Positions 1-9,617 of a stretch of 64,000 nt of DNA are shown here, one piece after another. The notes under the pieces are model-generated. The model saw only the letters and a program-made list of their open reading frames with translations, ran no database searches and was not told the origin of the DNA. The translations under genes were made by a program, and so were the position numbers. Within the stretch, counting starts at the first letter, position 1. Each line of letters opens with the position of its first letter. Source of the DNA: Escherichia phage PP01; sequence record NC_054930.1; one strand, given 5' to 3'.

Positions 1-244
1 TTTTTTCATCTTCAACTGTATTAACAAAGTCGTCAAATGAATCAAATTTAGCATGAGATTTATTATACAGTTTTCCATCTACTGCATAATTATATCCTTG
101 TACATCCATCTCAACTTCTGTACCATCATCTAATACAGCAGTAATTTTCTGTCCTTTTTTAAATTTCAAAAGATCAGTAAAAGATTCAGCAATAATTTGA
201 GAATTAATAGCTGCTTCAGTAATAAATTCTTGATATGTTTTCAT
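1..244 (-). CDS. Internal head protein-like gene, N-terminal part only (gene runs off the window start)
   Basis: ATG at 242-244 (reverse); translated N-terminus MKTYQEFITEAAINSQ matches the T4 internal-protein capsid-targeting sequence MKTYQEFIAE; downstream of gene e as ipIII/ipII are in T4. Confidence 0.55.
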   Translation of the reverse strand, partial: MKTYQEFITEAAINSQIIAESFTDLLKFKKGQKITAVLDDGTEVEMDVQGYNYAVDGKLYNKSHAKFDSFDDFVNTVEDEK

Positions 245-260
245 GTGTATCCTTTAATTT

Positions 261-578
261 TTATTCTTTAGGGAAGTTTTTAGAATATGCATCATAAAGC
301 TTATTTCCAATACGGCGGAAAACTCTAGCCGCAAAACGATTTTCTGGGTTTTTAATCATGATTTGCATCATATAAGTACCCGCGTCAGAAAGAGCTTCTT
401 CATAGTACCCGTTAATTTCTTTAAGAGTCCTACGTTTACCGCCAGGACCATCAACAGTGATTTTCCATTTACCTGTAGAAGTGCGACTTGGCGGCTCAAC
501 TTGTTCAATCCAGATATAACCGCCTTCTACACGTTGTCCTGCAGCAGATTCTGCAATAAATTCTTGATAGGTTTTCAT
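261..578 (-). CDS. Internal head protein-like (105 aa) with capsid-targeting sequence
   Basis: ORF begins MKTYQEFIAESAAG, the canonical CTS ending in the L/I-x-E motif cut by prohead protease; position corresponds to the T4 ipIII/ipII locus but length and body differ from what I recall for T4. Confidence 0.6.
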   Translation of the reverse strand: MKTYQEFIAESAAGQRVEGGYIWIEQVEPPSRTSTGKWKITVDGPGGKRRTLKEINGYYEEALSDAGTYMMQIMIKNPENRFAARVFRRIGNKLYDAYSKNFPKE

Positions 579-632
579 GTGTTTCCTTTAAATATTTTAA
601 TTAGTAATTTGTCTCTTCAAGCAACTGTGAAT

Positions 633-662
633 ATACTATCACAATTCCAAGAGAAAGTAAAC
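633..662 (-). promoter_or_regulatory. T4 early-type sigma70 promoter (-35 GTTTAC, extended -10 TGaTAGTAT)
   Basis: Minus-strand read GTTTAC-N18-TAGTAT with TG upstream of the -10; same architecture recurs at three other sites in the window. Confidence 0.4.
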
Positions 663-666
663 AGCT

Positions 667-1635
<969 letters not shown>

Positions 1636-1654
<19 letters not shown>

Positions 1655-1998
1655 TCACTCACAAACTCTTTCATTGATTCATTTTCAATATAAGACATGT
1701 AGCTATTATATTCTTTTAATTGTATTTTGTAATCCTTTTTTCTTTGCCAATTTATTTTAAAATTATCATAATGAAAATATAACATGGTACCAAAGAATGA
1801 AAATAATGAAATAATTTTAGTATAGTGAAGTTCACTCCAAACTTCTGTTATATTTACTGTGCCGTCGATGTTTAAAATAAGACAGTCAATTAACAATCCA
1901 AAAAGACTACCCGCAAGAGCTGCAGCCAACGCCACAGCAAAAATTAAAAATGACTCAGGAAGCGAATATTTGGCTTTATTTAGTTTTGGCTTTTGCAT
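1636..1998 (-). CDS. Hypothetical small membrane protein (e.2-e.8 region)
   Basis: 120 aa ORF with a hydrophobic stretch (FLIFAVALAAALAGSLFGLLI); overlaps neighbours by a few codons in T4 style. Confidence 0.5.
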
Positions 1999-2393
1999 CG
2001 TGATTCCTTAACAAATTTCATAATTTCATCAAATTCATACGCAGCAAGTTTAAGCTGATATTCCTTTTTAATCTTTTTACACTGTGCTTTCCAATCACGT
2101 ACGCGTTTACGATAATGCCTTCCTTGATACCAGTATCCTACCCAATTTACAGGTACTAATAAAAATGGAACTATTAATGGAAGAATTAGCATTAATACAA
2201 GTATTTCGCCAGAATCAATATCAGTCATAACATCTAAAACACCTCCAATAATCAATAGAATTACAAATGATATGAGTATAACAGGACCTATTAATACATC
2301 AGTAGAAATTAGCTGGCGCTTTAATTCATACTTCAAAGGTTTACTTGGAAGGTATAGTGATGGCTTTGACATATTCTCTACATTCCTTAACAA
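1980..2393 (-). CDS. Hypothetical membrane protein, two predicted TM helices
   Basis: 137 aa; hydrophobic segments VLIGPVILISFVILLIIGGVL and ILVLMLILPLIVPFLLVPV; true start may be an internal Met. Confidence 0.45.
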   Translation of the reverse strand: MLRNVENMSKPSLYLPSKPLKYELKRQLISTDVLIGPVILISFVILLIIGGVLDVMTDIDSGEILVLMLILPLIVPFLLVPVNWVGYWYQGRHYRKRVRDWKAQCKKIKKEYQLKLAAYEFDEIMKFVKESRCKSQN

Positions 2394-2949
2394 ATTTTTC
2401 TAGTAATAAATCGCTTTCAAAATTAGGATTTTCCACGAATTTATCAAAAAGATCATCAACGATAGTTAAGATATTCTTTTTATTAAGAATACGCTTATTT
2501 TCATATTTTGTTTCAGAATCAACTATAAGAGTAAAGAAATATTTCTTGCCCCGAAATTTTACAGTAGTATCAATATAGAATAAATTTGACTTTTGTAAAT
2601 TACGTTTAAACCATGCATCACTTAAACTATAAACGCCGAGATAATCATAATCGTCGTTTAAATAACAGACCGTCCATTCAGGAGAAACAAAATCAGTAAA
2701 TTCAACGTCAAAATCGCATGTTAATAAATGAATTGATTCAATGCTGTTAATAAGTATTCCAGGACGTATTAAAGACTTTTTACCTCTAGAAAATCTTCCA
2801 GAAAGACTTTCATCAGTTTCATATGAAGAACCCCAATAATAATTACGCCCTTCTGCCATACGTTTAAGAGCATTTAGTAATTGGTCTGGAACATCAACCT
2901 GTCTTTGGAACTCTTCAAACATTGAATTGAAATCACTTTGCATTTTCAT
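2341..2949 (-). CDS. Hypothetical protein
   Basis: 202 aa ORF in the operon frame and orientation of the e-proximal early region. Confidence 0.5.
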   Translation of the reverse strand: MKMQSDFNSMFEEFQRQVDVPDQLLNALKRMAEGRNYYWGSSYETDESLSGRFSRGKKSLIRPGILINSIESIHLLTCDFDVEFTDFVSPEWTVCYLNDDYDYLGVYSLSDAWFKRNLQKSNLFYIDTTVKFRGKKYFFTLIVDSETKYENKRILNKKNILTIVDDLFDKFVENPNFESDLLLEKFVKECREYVKAITIPSK

Positions 2950-2970
2950 TCCTATTTACTCCAAGTAATA

Positions 2971-2984
2971 GGGGCCGAAGCCCC
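2971..2984 (-). terminator. GC hairpin (ggggccGAAGcccc) between ORFs, possible terminator or RNA-stability stem-loop
   Basis: Perfect 5-bp G/C stem with GAAG loop; the same hairpin family recurs at 34131, 44441 and 48131. Confidence 0.35.
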
Positions 2985-2990
2985 TTATCA

Positions 2991-3584
2991 TTATTTCAGA
3001 GAATTAATATATTCCTGAACATCGGCAGAGGTAGTTTCAACCCCAGAAATATTACCATTAAAGGTTTCAACTCGAGCAAGGGTATCTTCAATATCAACCT
3101 TAGTCAGTGCTGCAATTTCAACTACATCATCAGCAGTACTAATTCCAAGGGCATTTGCTGCGCGAGTTTCACGGATATATTCCAATTTAACTGCGAGTTC
3201 TTGACGAGCATCATCTAACTCAACTACTTTCTTGGCGATTTCAATTCGCATTTCAGCATAACCGTCAGCTTTAGTAGTCAACTGCTCAGCTGTTCGACGA
3301 TATAGTAAACCGAGTTTAGCATGCATTGTTACATCTTGACCTTCGGAAAGAAGTTTACGAATTTCACGCTCTTTTGATTCGGCTTGTCGATTCTTTTCGA
3401 CAATAAGTTCACGAATACGCTTTTCTTCATTAATAGATTTAACGGAAGCAGTTTTTAGATCTTTAATCTTATCAAGTAGTTTTGCTGCCGCAGCAGTATA
3501 CTGTTCTTCAACAGATAGATTTTTAGCCATAGCAGAACCAAGTTTAGTGCGAATAAACTCAACAATTTTCTTCAGTGTGTTCAT
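2991..3584 (-). CDS. Hypothetical coiled-coil protein (possibly PspA/IM30-like)
   Basis: 197 aa, heptad-like charged/Leu-rich sequence ([14 protein letters not shown]...[20 protein letters not shown]); PspA resemblance is by eye only. Confidence 0.5.
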   Translation of the reverse strand: MNTLKKIVEFIRTKLGSAMAKNLSVEEQYTAAAAKLLDKIKDLKTASVKSINEEKRIRELIVEKNRQAESKEREIRKLLSEGQDVTMHAKLGLLYRRTAEQLTTKADGYAEMRIEIAKKVVELDDARQELAVKLEYIRETRAANALGISTADDVVEIAALTKVDIEDTLARVETFNGNISGVETTSADVQEYINSLK

Positions 3585-3640
3585 AGTATTTCCTTAGGTT
3601 GGTATAATTAGATAATATCACGTTTTAATAGATTGTAAAC

Positions 3641-3976
3641 TTATTCTTCGTCTAGCTCGTCGATAAAGACGTTGATGGCCTCGATAACGGCATCATTGAT
3701 AGCCAATAAAATAAAATCATCGTCAGTACCTTTAGAAGATTCTAAAGCATTGATATATGCTTGGTTGGCGAGTTCCCAAGCCTTTTTAAAATAAGGAGCT
3801 TCATCATCAGGACAAATATCCCGCACGCCTTCAAAGATACGTTTGGCATAATCTAACACCCATTGTACAGGCATGTTTTGAGAACGTTCGTTAAACTCTT
3901 TAAAGTCCTTAGATTCAAAAAGCTCTTCAGGATAATTATTTCTATTACAAAAAGCTTTACTAAAGTTACGTTTCAT
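3641..3976 (-). CDS. Hypothetical protein
   Basis: 111 aa ORF, acidic C-terminus. Confidence 0.5.
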   Translation of the reverse strand: MKRNFSKAFCNRNNYPEELFESKDFKEFNERSQNMPVQWVLDYAKRIFEGVRDICPDDEAPYFKKAWELANQAYINALESSKGTDDDFILLAINDAVIEAINVFIDELDEE

Positions 3977-4032
3977 AATGTTTTCCTCATTTGTATAGGC
4001 TCATAATATCTCAATCATGAGCCTATGTAAAC

Positions 4033-4308
4033 TTATTTCATATTATTGAAATATTCTTCTGCGATTTCGTCGTTATCATGGTAAACTTTAGAAGACAGTT
4101 TAACATAACTTTCAGCAGTGAACATGTTAATCACAACCTTTACAGTATACCACTGACCGTCTTCATTGCCCATTACCGCATAAGTTTCAAACATCGGATG
4201 ATCAGGACCGATAACTTTAATATCATTCACTGTACGACCGAAATCTTCTGAAACACATTTCATAAAGAAGTTGAACAGTTCGCCGTAATTATCCATTTCG
4301 TTCTCCAA
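4033..4308 (-). CDS. Hypothetical protein
   Basis: 91 aa ORF directly downstream of an early-promoter copy. Confidence 0.5.
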   Translation of the reverse strand: MENEMDNYGELFNFFMKCVSEDFGRTVNDIKVIGPDHPMFETYAVMGNEDGQWYTVKVVINMFTAESYVKLSSKVYHDNDEIAEEYFNNMK

Positions 4309-4339
4309 GTTGTTTTCTGTATCAGTAGTTGATAGTTGT

Positions 4340-4369
4340 ATAGTACCATGGAAGAACAGGGATGTAAAC
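4340..4369 (-). promoter_or_regulatory. T4 early-type promoter (GTTTAC -35, TGgTACTAT -10)
   Basis: Minus-strand tttcacaaaactGTTTAC-N18-TACTAT, about 30 nt upstream of the ORF starting at 4308. Confidence 0.4.
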
Positions 4370-4501
4370 AGTTTTGTGAAAAATTTTTAAAAAATTTTAG
4401 AGAATTCTAGGGTCAGGAGGGGCAATTAAAAGGTAGGATAATATATTATAAAGGGTATAAACCAAATGATGCCTAGAGAGGCCCGGAAAGGCCTAGATAC
4501 C

Positions 4502-4529
4502 AAAAAGCCCCAACCTTTCGGCTGGGGCT
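4502..4529 (-). terminator. Rho-independent terminator (copy 1 of a duplicated 30-nt element)
   Basis: Plus strand aaaaagccccaacctttcggctggggct; on the minus strand a GC hairpin followed by a U-run, immediately after the stop of the 4537..5010 gene. Confidence 0.55.
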
Positions 4530-4536
4530 AAGAATG

Positions 4537-5010
4537 TTATTTGATTTGTTTAGCAGACCAAATGCGGTCTTTAATAATTTTTTGGATGTCTTCAACATAC
4601 TCTAGGTCATGAGCATGTGGATTATCTTTGAAACTATAAGCACGAGCTAGCTTTTGGCCTTCAGTTTTGATTACTAAAAGCTCTTTAAGGATAGCTTCAT
4701 ATCTGGAGATAATTCCTTTAACAATATTTTTTTCTTGTGCAGCTTTAGGATCTGCTTTAGGAGCAGGTTTACCCGAAGCCTTTGCAAAAGCAGCGCCAGT
4801 AGCAACTAGACTTTTCCAGGCCATACTAACCGCATTTCCTGTAAATCCTTCTGCTTTCATGCCGCGAGCAAATTGGAATCGCGATTCGTCAGAAGCATCT
4901 TTATAAGAATATTTACCCGCTGCAATGGCTGCTTTTGCGACAGCTTGAATTTCGGTGCTAGATGCTTCATTTAACACCGCTTCATTTAAAAATTGAGTAT
5001 ATGATTTCAT
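4537..5010 (-). CDS. Internal-protein-like gene with a variant capsid-targeting sequence (158 aa)
   Basis: The track ORF (to 5187) runs through a terminator; the realistic start is ATG at 5008-5010 giving MKSYTQFLNEA, similar to the CTS MKTYQEFIAE with the L-x-E cleavage motif; own late promoter upstream; Ala/Lys-rich body. Confidence 0.55.
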   Translation of the reverse strand: MKSYTQFLNEAVLNEASSTEIQAVAKAAIAAGKYSYKDASDESRFQFARGMKAEGFTGNAVSMAWKSLVATGAAFAKASGKPAPKADPKAAQEKNIVKGIISRYEAILKELLVIKTEGQKLARAYSFKDNPHAHDLEYVEDIQKIIKDRIWSAKQIK

Positions 5011-5048
5011 CTTATTTCCTGTTTTAATTCGTGGATTTAATATACTAA

Positions 5049-5056
5049 TATTTATA
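5049..5056 (-). promoter_or_regulatory. T4 late promoter TATAAATA
   Basis: Plus-strand tatttata; on the coding strand TATAAATA about 39 nt upstream of the ATG at 5010. Confidence 0.5.
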
Positions 5057-5058
5057 CT

Positions 5059-5087
5059 AAAAAGCCCCAACCTTTCGGTCGGGGCTA
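5059..5087 (-). terminator. Rho-independent terminator (copy 2 of the duplicated 30-nt element)
   Basis: aaaaagccccaacctttcggtcggggct, near-identical to 4502-4529; lies downstream of the stable-RNA region. Confidence 0.55.
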
Positions 5088-5089
5088 AG

Positions 5090-5400
5090 CCTTGCGGCAA
5101 CCTTGTCGGGGTTCCACCTGCTAAGGCAAGTGTTTGTACGAAACGCCGGGATTCGAACCCGGTTATTAAGTAGTTGACGCTACTCAATATTTTTAAAAGG
5201 CCATATCTCGACCATATCCGAACGTTCCGTCAAAAACGCTACTCGGCTTATGGCAAAGATATTTCCTCGAATCGATAATTCGGTGCGCCGTTTCTGCTGT
5301 GATATAAGGGGGCATTAACAAAACATAAAGATTTATTAATGCCAGTCCTTACCCAGGGAACATCAGTCCGACGACTTACCGGTAGCGACCCGGTTTCTTG
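5090..5400 (-). ncRNA. Candidate small stable RNA gene(s), T4 RNA C / RNA D-like region
   Basis: No ORF; contains a tRNA-like T-arm (ccgggTTCGAATcccgg, reverse strand) and several stems; position next to tRNA-Arg matches where T4 encodes its two stable RNAs; boundaries not resolved. Confidence 0.3.
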
Positions 5401-5402
5401 TT

Positions 5403-5479
<77 letters not shown>

Positions 5480-5482
5480 TAA

Positions 5483-6148
5483 TTAAAATTTCATTTTTCG
5501 ACCTTTAAACCATCCTTCTGGAATTGGGTCAGTTTTCTTAATACGTTTAGAAACTTTTTCATCCAATGAATGAATCCACATCATGCCAAATTGGGAATTC
5601 TTTTCACCTTGTTGGTGTTTATTTCTGGCGTGAGATTCTTTCATTTTATTAATAGTTTCAGGAGTATGGGTCTTACCCAAGAAAGATTTAGTATTTAAAA
5701 ATTTCTCTCTATACTTAGGATTATCCCAAAGCTGTTTAAACCTTTCTGAACCCATTTTACGATATTTTTCTTTAAGGTCTGGGTCGTTCTCAAATCTGGT
5801 TTTAAAAGCGGCAGCTCCTTTTAAGGAAGCTTCTTTCTTTTTATCCAAATATTCTTTAGTGTTTAAATGGTCCCAACCACCTTCACCACCTAATTTCAGA
5901 TTATAAACATCAGGGCGCTTTAAAAACTCTTCAGTCACAATATTCTTTTCTGACTCAAACATAGAGGTTTTATCGTCAAAGAACTCTAATATTTCTTTAG
6001 AAAAATTTTCTATACCATATTTATCTTGGGCTCTTTTTAATAATTTACCAGAACCCATATATCCATCATCTAAATTTTCGGTAGAATGAGCGCCTATATA
6101 GATTTTATTATTAATTTTATTTGTTATTTTATAAATGTAATGGAACAT
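5483..6148 (-). CDS. segB: GIY-YIG homing endonuclease SegB
   Basis: 221 aa; N-terminal GIY-YIG module (YIYKITNKINNKIYIGAHS...GYMGSG); embedded in the tRNA cluster as T4 segB is. Confidence 0.88.
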   Translation of the reverse strand: MFHYIYKITNKINNKIYIGAHSTENLDDGYMGSGKLLKRAQDKYGIENFSKEILEFFDDKTSMFESEKNIVTEEFLKRPDVYNLKLGGEGGWDHLNTKEYLDKKKEASLKGAAAFKTRFENDPDLKEKYRKMGSERFKQLWDNPKYREKFLNTKSFLGKTHTPETINKMKESHARNKHQQGEKNSQFGMMWIHSLDEKVSKRIKKTDPIPEGWFKGRKMKF

Positions 6149-6189
6149 AAATATCTCCTATTTCTAAGAGTATTTATGTTCCCAAAATA

Positions 6190-6261
6190 TGGCCCTGGGT
6201 GGAATTGAACCACCATCTGGCGATTATGAGTCGCTTGCTTGAACCTTCCAGCTACAGGGCC
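6190..6261 (-). tRNA. tRNA with CAU anticodon (T4 tRNA-Ile type)
   Basis: Acceptor GGCCCTG/CAGGGCC, T-arm GGTGG-TTCAATT-CCACC, anticodon loop CTCATAA; T4 encodes a CAU-anticodon tRNA-Ile that is modified to read AUA. Confidence 0.75.
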
Positions 6262-6267
6262 TTGATA

Positions 6268-6340
6268 TGCTGATTGACGGAATCGAACCGCCGACGTCCT
6301 CATTACAAGTGAGGTGCTCTACCTACTGAGCTAAATCAGC
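6268..6340 (-). tRNA. tRNA-Thr (UGU)
   Basis: Canonical cloverleaf GCTGATT-TA-GCTC..GAGC-CCTCA-CTTGTAA-TGAGG..GGCGG-TTCGATT-CCGTC-AATCAGC. Confidence 0.85.
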
Positions 6341-6347
6341 GAAATTA

Positions 6348-6434
6348 CGGAGGCGATAGGATTTGAACCTATGAGTCGCCGGAGCGACTGCCGGTTTTCA
6401 AGACCGGTGCATTAAACCACTCTGCCACGCCTCC
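6348..6434 (-). tRNA. tRNA-Ser (UGA), long variable arm
   Basis: GGAGGCG acceptor, anticodon loop CTTGAAA, extended variable arm, T-arm CATAGG-TTCAAAT-CCTAT. Confidence 0.85.
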
Positions 6435-6436
6435 AG

Positions 6437-6510
6437 TCTCCGCGGCAGGATTTGAACCTGCGACATTCTGCTCCCAAAGCAGACGCTCTACCAAACTGAG
6501 CTACACGGAG
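6437..6510 (-). tRNA. tRNA-Pro (UGG)
   Basis: CTCCGTG-TA-GCTC-AGTTTGGTA-GAGC-TCTGC-TTTGGGA-GCAGA..GCAGG-TTCAAAT-CCTGC-CGCGGAG. Confidence 0.88.
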
Positions 6511-6522
6511 TAAATTAAATTT

Positions 6523-6594
<72 letters not shown>

Positions 6595-6600
6595 AAACTT

Positions 6601-6687
6601 TGGTACGAGAAGTGGGACTCGAACCCACAAGGAAATCATTCCGCAGCATTTTAAGTGCTGTGCCTTTACCAATTTGACCATTCTCGC
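6601..6687 (-). tRNA. tRNA-Leu (UAA), long variable arm, CCA encoded
   Basis: GCGAGAA acceptor, anticodon loop CTTAAAA, variable arm CGGAATGATTTCCTT, T-arm GTGGG-TTCGAGT-CCCAC, 3' ACCA. Confidence 0.85.
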
Positions 6688-6688
6688 G

Positions 6689-6761
6689 CTGGGAATAAAG
6701 GACTCGAACCTTTGCATCCTGGAATCAAAATCCAGTGCCTTACCAACTTGGCTAATTCCCA
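6689..6761 (-). tRNA. tRNA-Gln (UUG)
   Basis: TGGGAAT-TA-GCCA..GGCA-CTGGA-TTTTGAT-TCCAG..AAAGG-TTCGAGT-CCTTT-ATTCCCA; first in the T4 order Gln-Leu-Gly-Pro-Ser-Thr-Ile-Arg. Confidence 0.85.
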
Positions 6762-6858
6762 ATTATTAACAAAGGCTCTCTAACAAGAACCCTTGATGAT
6801 AGAGGGTATTAATCAGTGCGGTATGAGTTAATAATAACAAATAATTCTTAAAGCATAT

Positions 6859-7146
6859 TTACCATTTATGATAATACATATTTACGATGCATTCAAGACC
6901 TAAAGGATTCTTGAAAATATCATATTCAAGAGGACCTTTTTCCGTTTCAATAAAGAAATCAAAGTTAACTGTATTAAATTTACGGTCTTCCTTCACTAAT
7001 TTAACTTGAGAAGATGAACGGTCAATGTAAACCTTTTCAACTTCAAAACATGTTAAAACGCCATAATCATCAATCAAGGCTTTAGCCGCGTCTTGATCAT
7101 ATTTATATCCATTTTCAATGGACGATACTTTAGCATAAAGAATCAT
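6859..7146 (-). CDS. Hypothetical protein
   Basis: 95 aa ORF; its ATG sits 3 nt after the stop of the upstream frameshifted ORF. Confidence 0.5.
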   Translation of the reverse strand: MILYAKVSSIENGYKYDQDAAKALIDDYGVLTCFEVEKVYIDRSSSQVKLVKEDRKFNTVNFDFFIETEKGPLEYDIFKNPLGLECIVNMYYHKW

Positions 7147-7148
7147 TA

Positions 7149-7558
7149 TCAGCCTTCATCAACAATAGTATGAGTGTGGGCATTTACGATTTGCCACCAG
7201 TCGAAACGATTGGAACCATAATCTGGTTTATTTTCATTTTCTTTAATGATATCACGCAGTTTATCTTCTGTTTCAGCATACGCAATTAAATCATCATATC
7301 CGCCACAAGGATAATAATTATCACCTGCGAATAAAAGAAAATTTACCTTAGATGGATTTACGTAATAATGGTCTTTAGGATATTTAGTTCCTCTCCAATC
7401 AGTTACTTCAACATAACGGTAAGAAAATCCATTTTTACTTTCAATCCAACTCCACGCTTCAAAAGGAGTATTAAAAACTTTATCAGGTATTAAATTACCT
7501 TCAAAATGAGAAGGATTTGCATAATCCCAGCATAAACATAGTATTCGTTAATACTCAT
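7149..7558 (-). pseudogene. Frameshifted ORF (about 135 codons), absent from the ATG-based track
   Basis: ATG at 7556-7558 opens a frame that stops after 22 codons; a different frame continues stop-free for about 130 codons (WDYANPSHFEG...GDNYYPCGGYDDLIAY...WWQIVNAHTHTIVDEG) to a stop at 7149-7151 but has no ATG/GTG/TTG start. Confidence 0.4.
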
Positions 7559-7744
7559 CTATTCACCTTTAGAAATTTTATCCATAACGATAGCGATTAA
7601 ACCAATTAAAAATGCTACTACAAGCGAAAACACATTTTCTGCTGTAGTTAATAATCCGCATATAAATCCAACAAACATTGAAAAACTAAAAGCGGAAGCA
7701 GAAATTGCAATAGCAACATTTCGAATTAATTCACAACGTTTCAT
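7559..7744 (-). CDS. Small hydrophobic membrane protein (61 aa)
   Basis: Start taken at the internal ATG (7742-7744) preceded by GAGGAG; the track ORF begins at a TTG; sequence MKRCELIRNVAIAISASAFSFSMFVGFICGLL is strongly hydrophobic. Confidence 0.45.
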   Translation of the reverse strand: MKRCELIRNVAIAISASAFSFSMFVGFICGLLTTAENVFSLVVAFLIGLIAIVMDKISKGE

Positions 7745-7772
7745 TTTATTCTCCTCAGTAGTTGATAGGGTA

Positions 7773-7802
7773 ATAGTATCACTACTAAAACCCCGTGTAA
7801 AC
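7773..7802 (-). promoter_or_regulatory. T4 early-type promoter copy (GTTTAC -35, gTGaTACTAT -10) overlapping an inverted repeat
   Basis: Minus strand aaataatttcacaaagttGTTTACacgggg...gtgaTACTAT; 49-nt block shared with the copy at 8104-8133. Confidence 0.4.
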
Positions 7803-7814
7803 AACTTTGTGAAA

Positions 7815-8072
7815 TTATTTTAAATCTTCTAATCGTTTCTTCATCTTAGAACCATTTTTAGCGATTTCTCCTGCGTCAGAGCATAATGCTAAAAGTGCTT
7901 TAACTTTAGTTTGGTCTCCTTTAAAAGACGAAGGATCGACTGCAGCAGCAAGTTCTTTAATACGAGAGAAAAGACGCTCAGCTTCAGCTAAAGCCATTCC
8001 AAGCTTTACTTCCATACCATGAGAAGATTCAGTGATAATAGTTTCTGTAGCAAACTCTTTATAAGTTTTCAT
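7815..8072 (-). CDS. Internal protein I-like (85 aa) with CTS
   Basis: MKTYKEFATE N-terminus (CTS variant); adjacent to 57B as ipI is in T4; the body differs from what I recall of T4 IPI. Confidence 0.65.
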   Translation of the reverse strand: MKTYKEFATETIITESSHGMEVKLGMALAEAERLFSRIKELAAAVDPSSFKGDQTKVKALLALCSDAGEIAKNGSKMKKRLEDLK

Positions 8073-8103
8073 TTTATTTTTCCTAATTAATTTTGATGAG
8101 GTA

Positions 8104-8133
8104 ATAGTATCACTACCTCATCAGTGTGTAAAC
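8104..8133 (-). promoter_or_regulatory. T4 early-type promoter copy (GTTTAC -35, gTGaTACTAT -10)
   Basis: Same 49-nt block as at 7773-7802; hairpin ctgatgaggta...tacctcatcag overlaps the -10; drives the ipI-like gene. Confidence 0.4.
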
Positions 8134-8145
8134 AACTTTGTGAAA

Positions 8146-8842
<697 letters not shown>

Positions 8843-8843
<1 letters not shown>

Positions 8844-9568
8844 TATAGTACCTTTAGTGTATTTTTAATTTTAGAAAAAAGTTCTTCAAGAGAACCATCG
8901 TTTGTAATTACTAAATCGCCATCACGAATTGGCAATCCAGCTTCTGTAATATGTGTATCATTGGATTTTTGACCAGGACGAACTACATGAATTACTGTAG
9001 CACCCATCGCCCTAGCCGCATCCATTTCATGATCTTGACGGGTATCAGGAACGATATAATAATCATAACCTGAGTTAAATTTATCAAGATAATCTAAAGC
9101 AAATAATTTTACCCAGTACATGCGGTCGAAGTTATTAACAATCAAATCCGTACCTAGGGCTTGCATCAGACGACGGACTGACCATTGATCTTCAATATTA
9201 TTTATAACGTCAATAATCTTGTTAAATGCTACGAAATTAACTGATTCTTGTCCTTCGTCATCAAAAACAAACACACCTTTAATTGGGCTTTTACCATTAA
9301 GATAGCAAAATGCTTGTTCCATAATGGTGATTACTTCTAATTTAGTCAGATTTAAATTAGTCTCACGATCATAGTCAATTCCTTCAAACTCTTTACGAGT
9401 TAAGCAAGGATAGTCAGTGTTTGCTGCAAATACTCCCCATGCATAAGCCAATGCATCCTTAATAGGACCAGCAAGTTGATATTTAACTGCAGAATAATTA
9501 TTCATAATAAAATCTGCAGTAGTATCTTTTCCACTACGCTTTACACCACTTAAAAAGATTAGTTTCAT
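8843..9568 (-). CDS. 1: Deoxynucleoside monophosphate kinase (gene 1)
   Basis: Start at ATG 9566-9568 gives 241 aa as in T4; P-loop GVKRSGKDT near the N-terminus. Confidence 0.88.
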
Positions 9569-9617
9569 ATGTTTCTCCTCAAATTTAATTAAGATTATAA
9601 CACACAAAACTGAAGCA

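Noticed and set aside
4537-5187. Track ORF of 216 aa extending the internal-protein-like gene upstream to 5187
   Set aside because: The N-terminal 59 codons run through a hairpin terminator, a late promoter and the structured RNA region; the ATG at 5010 with the CTS-like MKSYTQFLNE is the realistic start.
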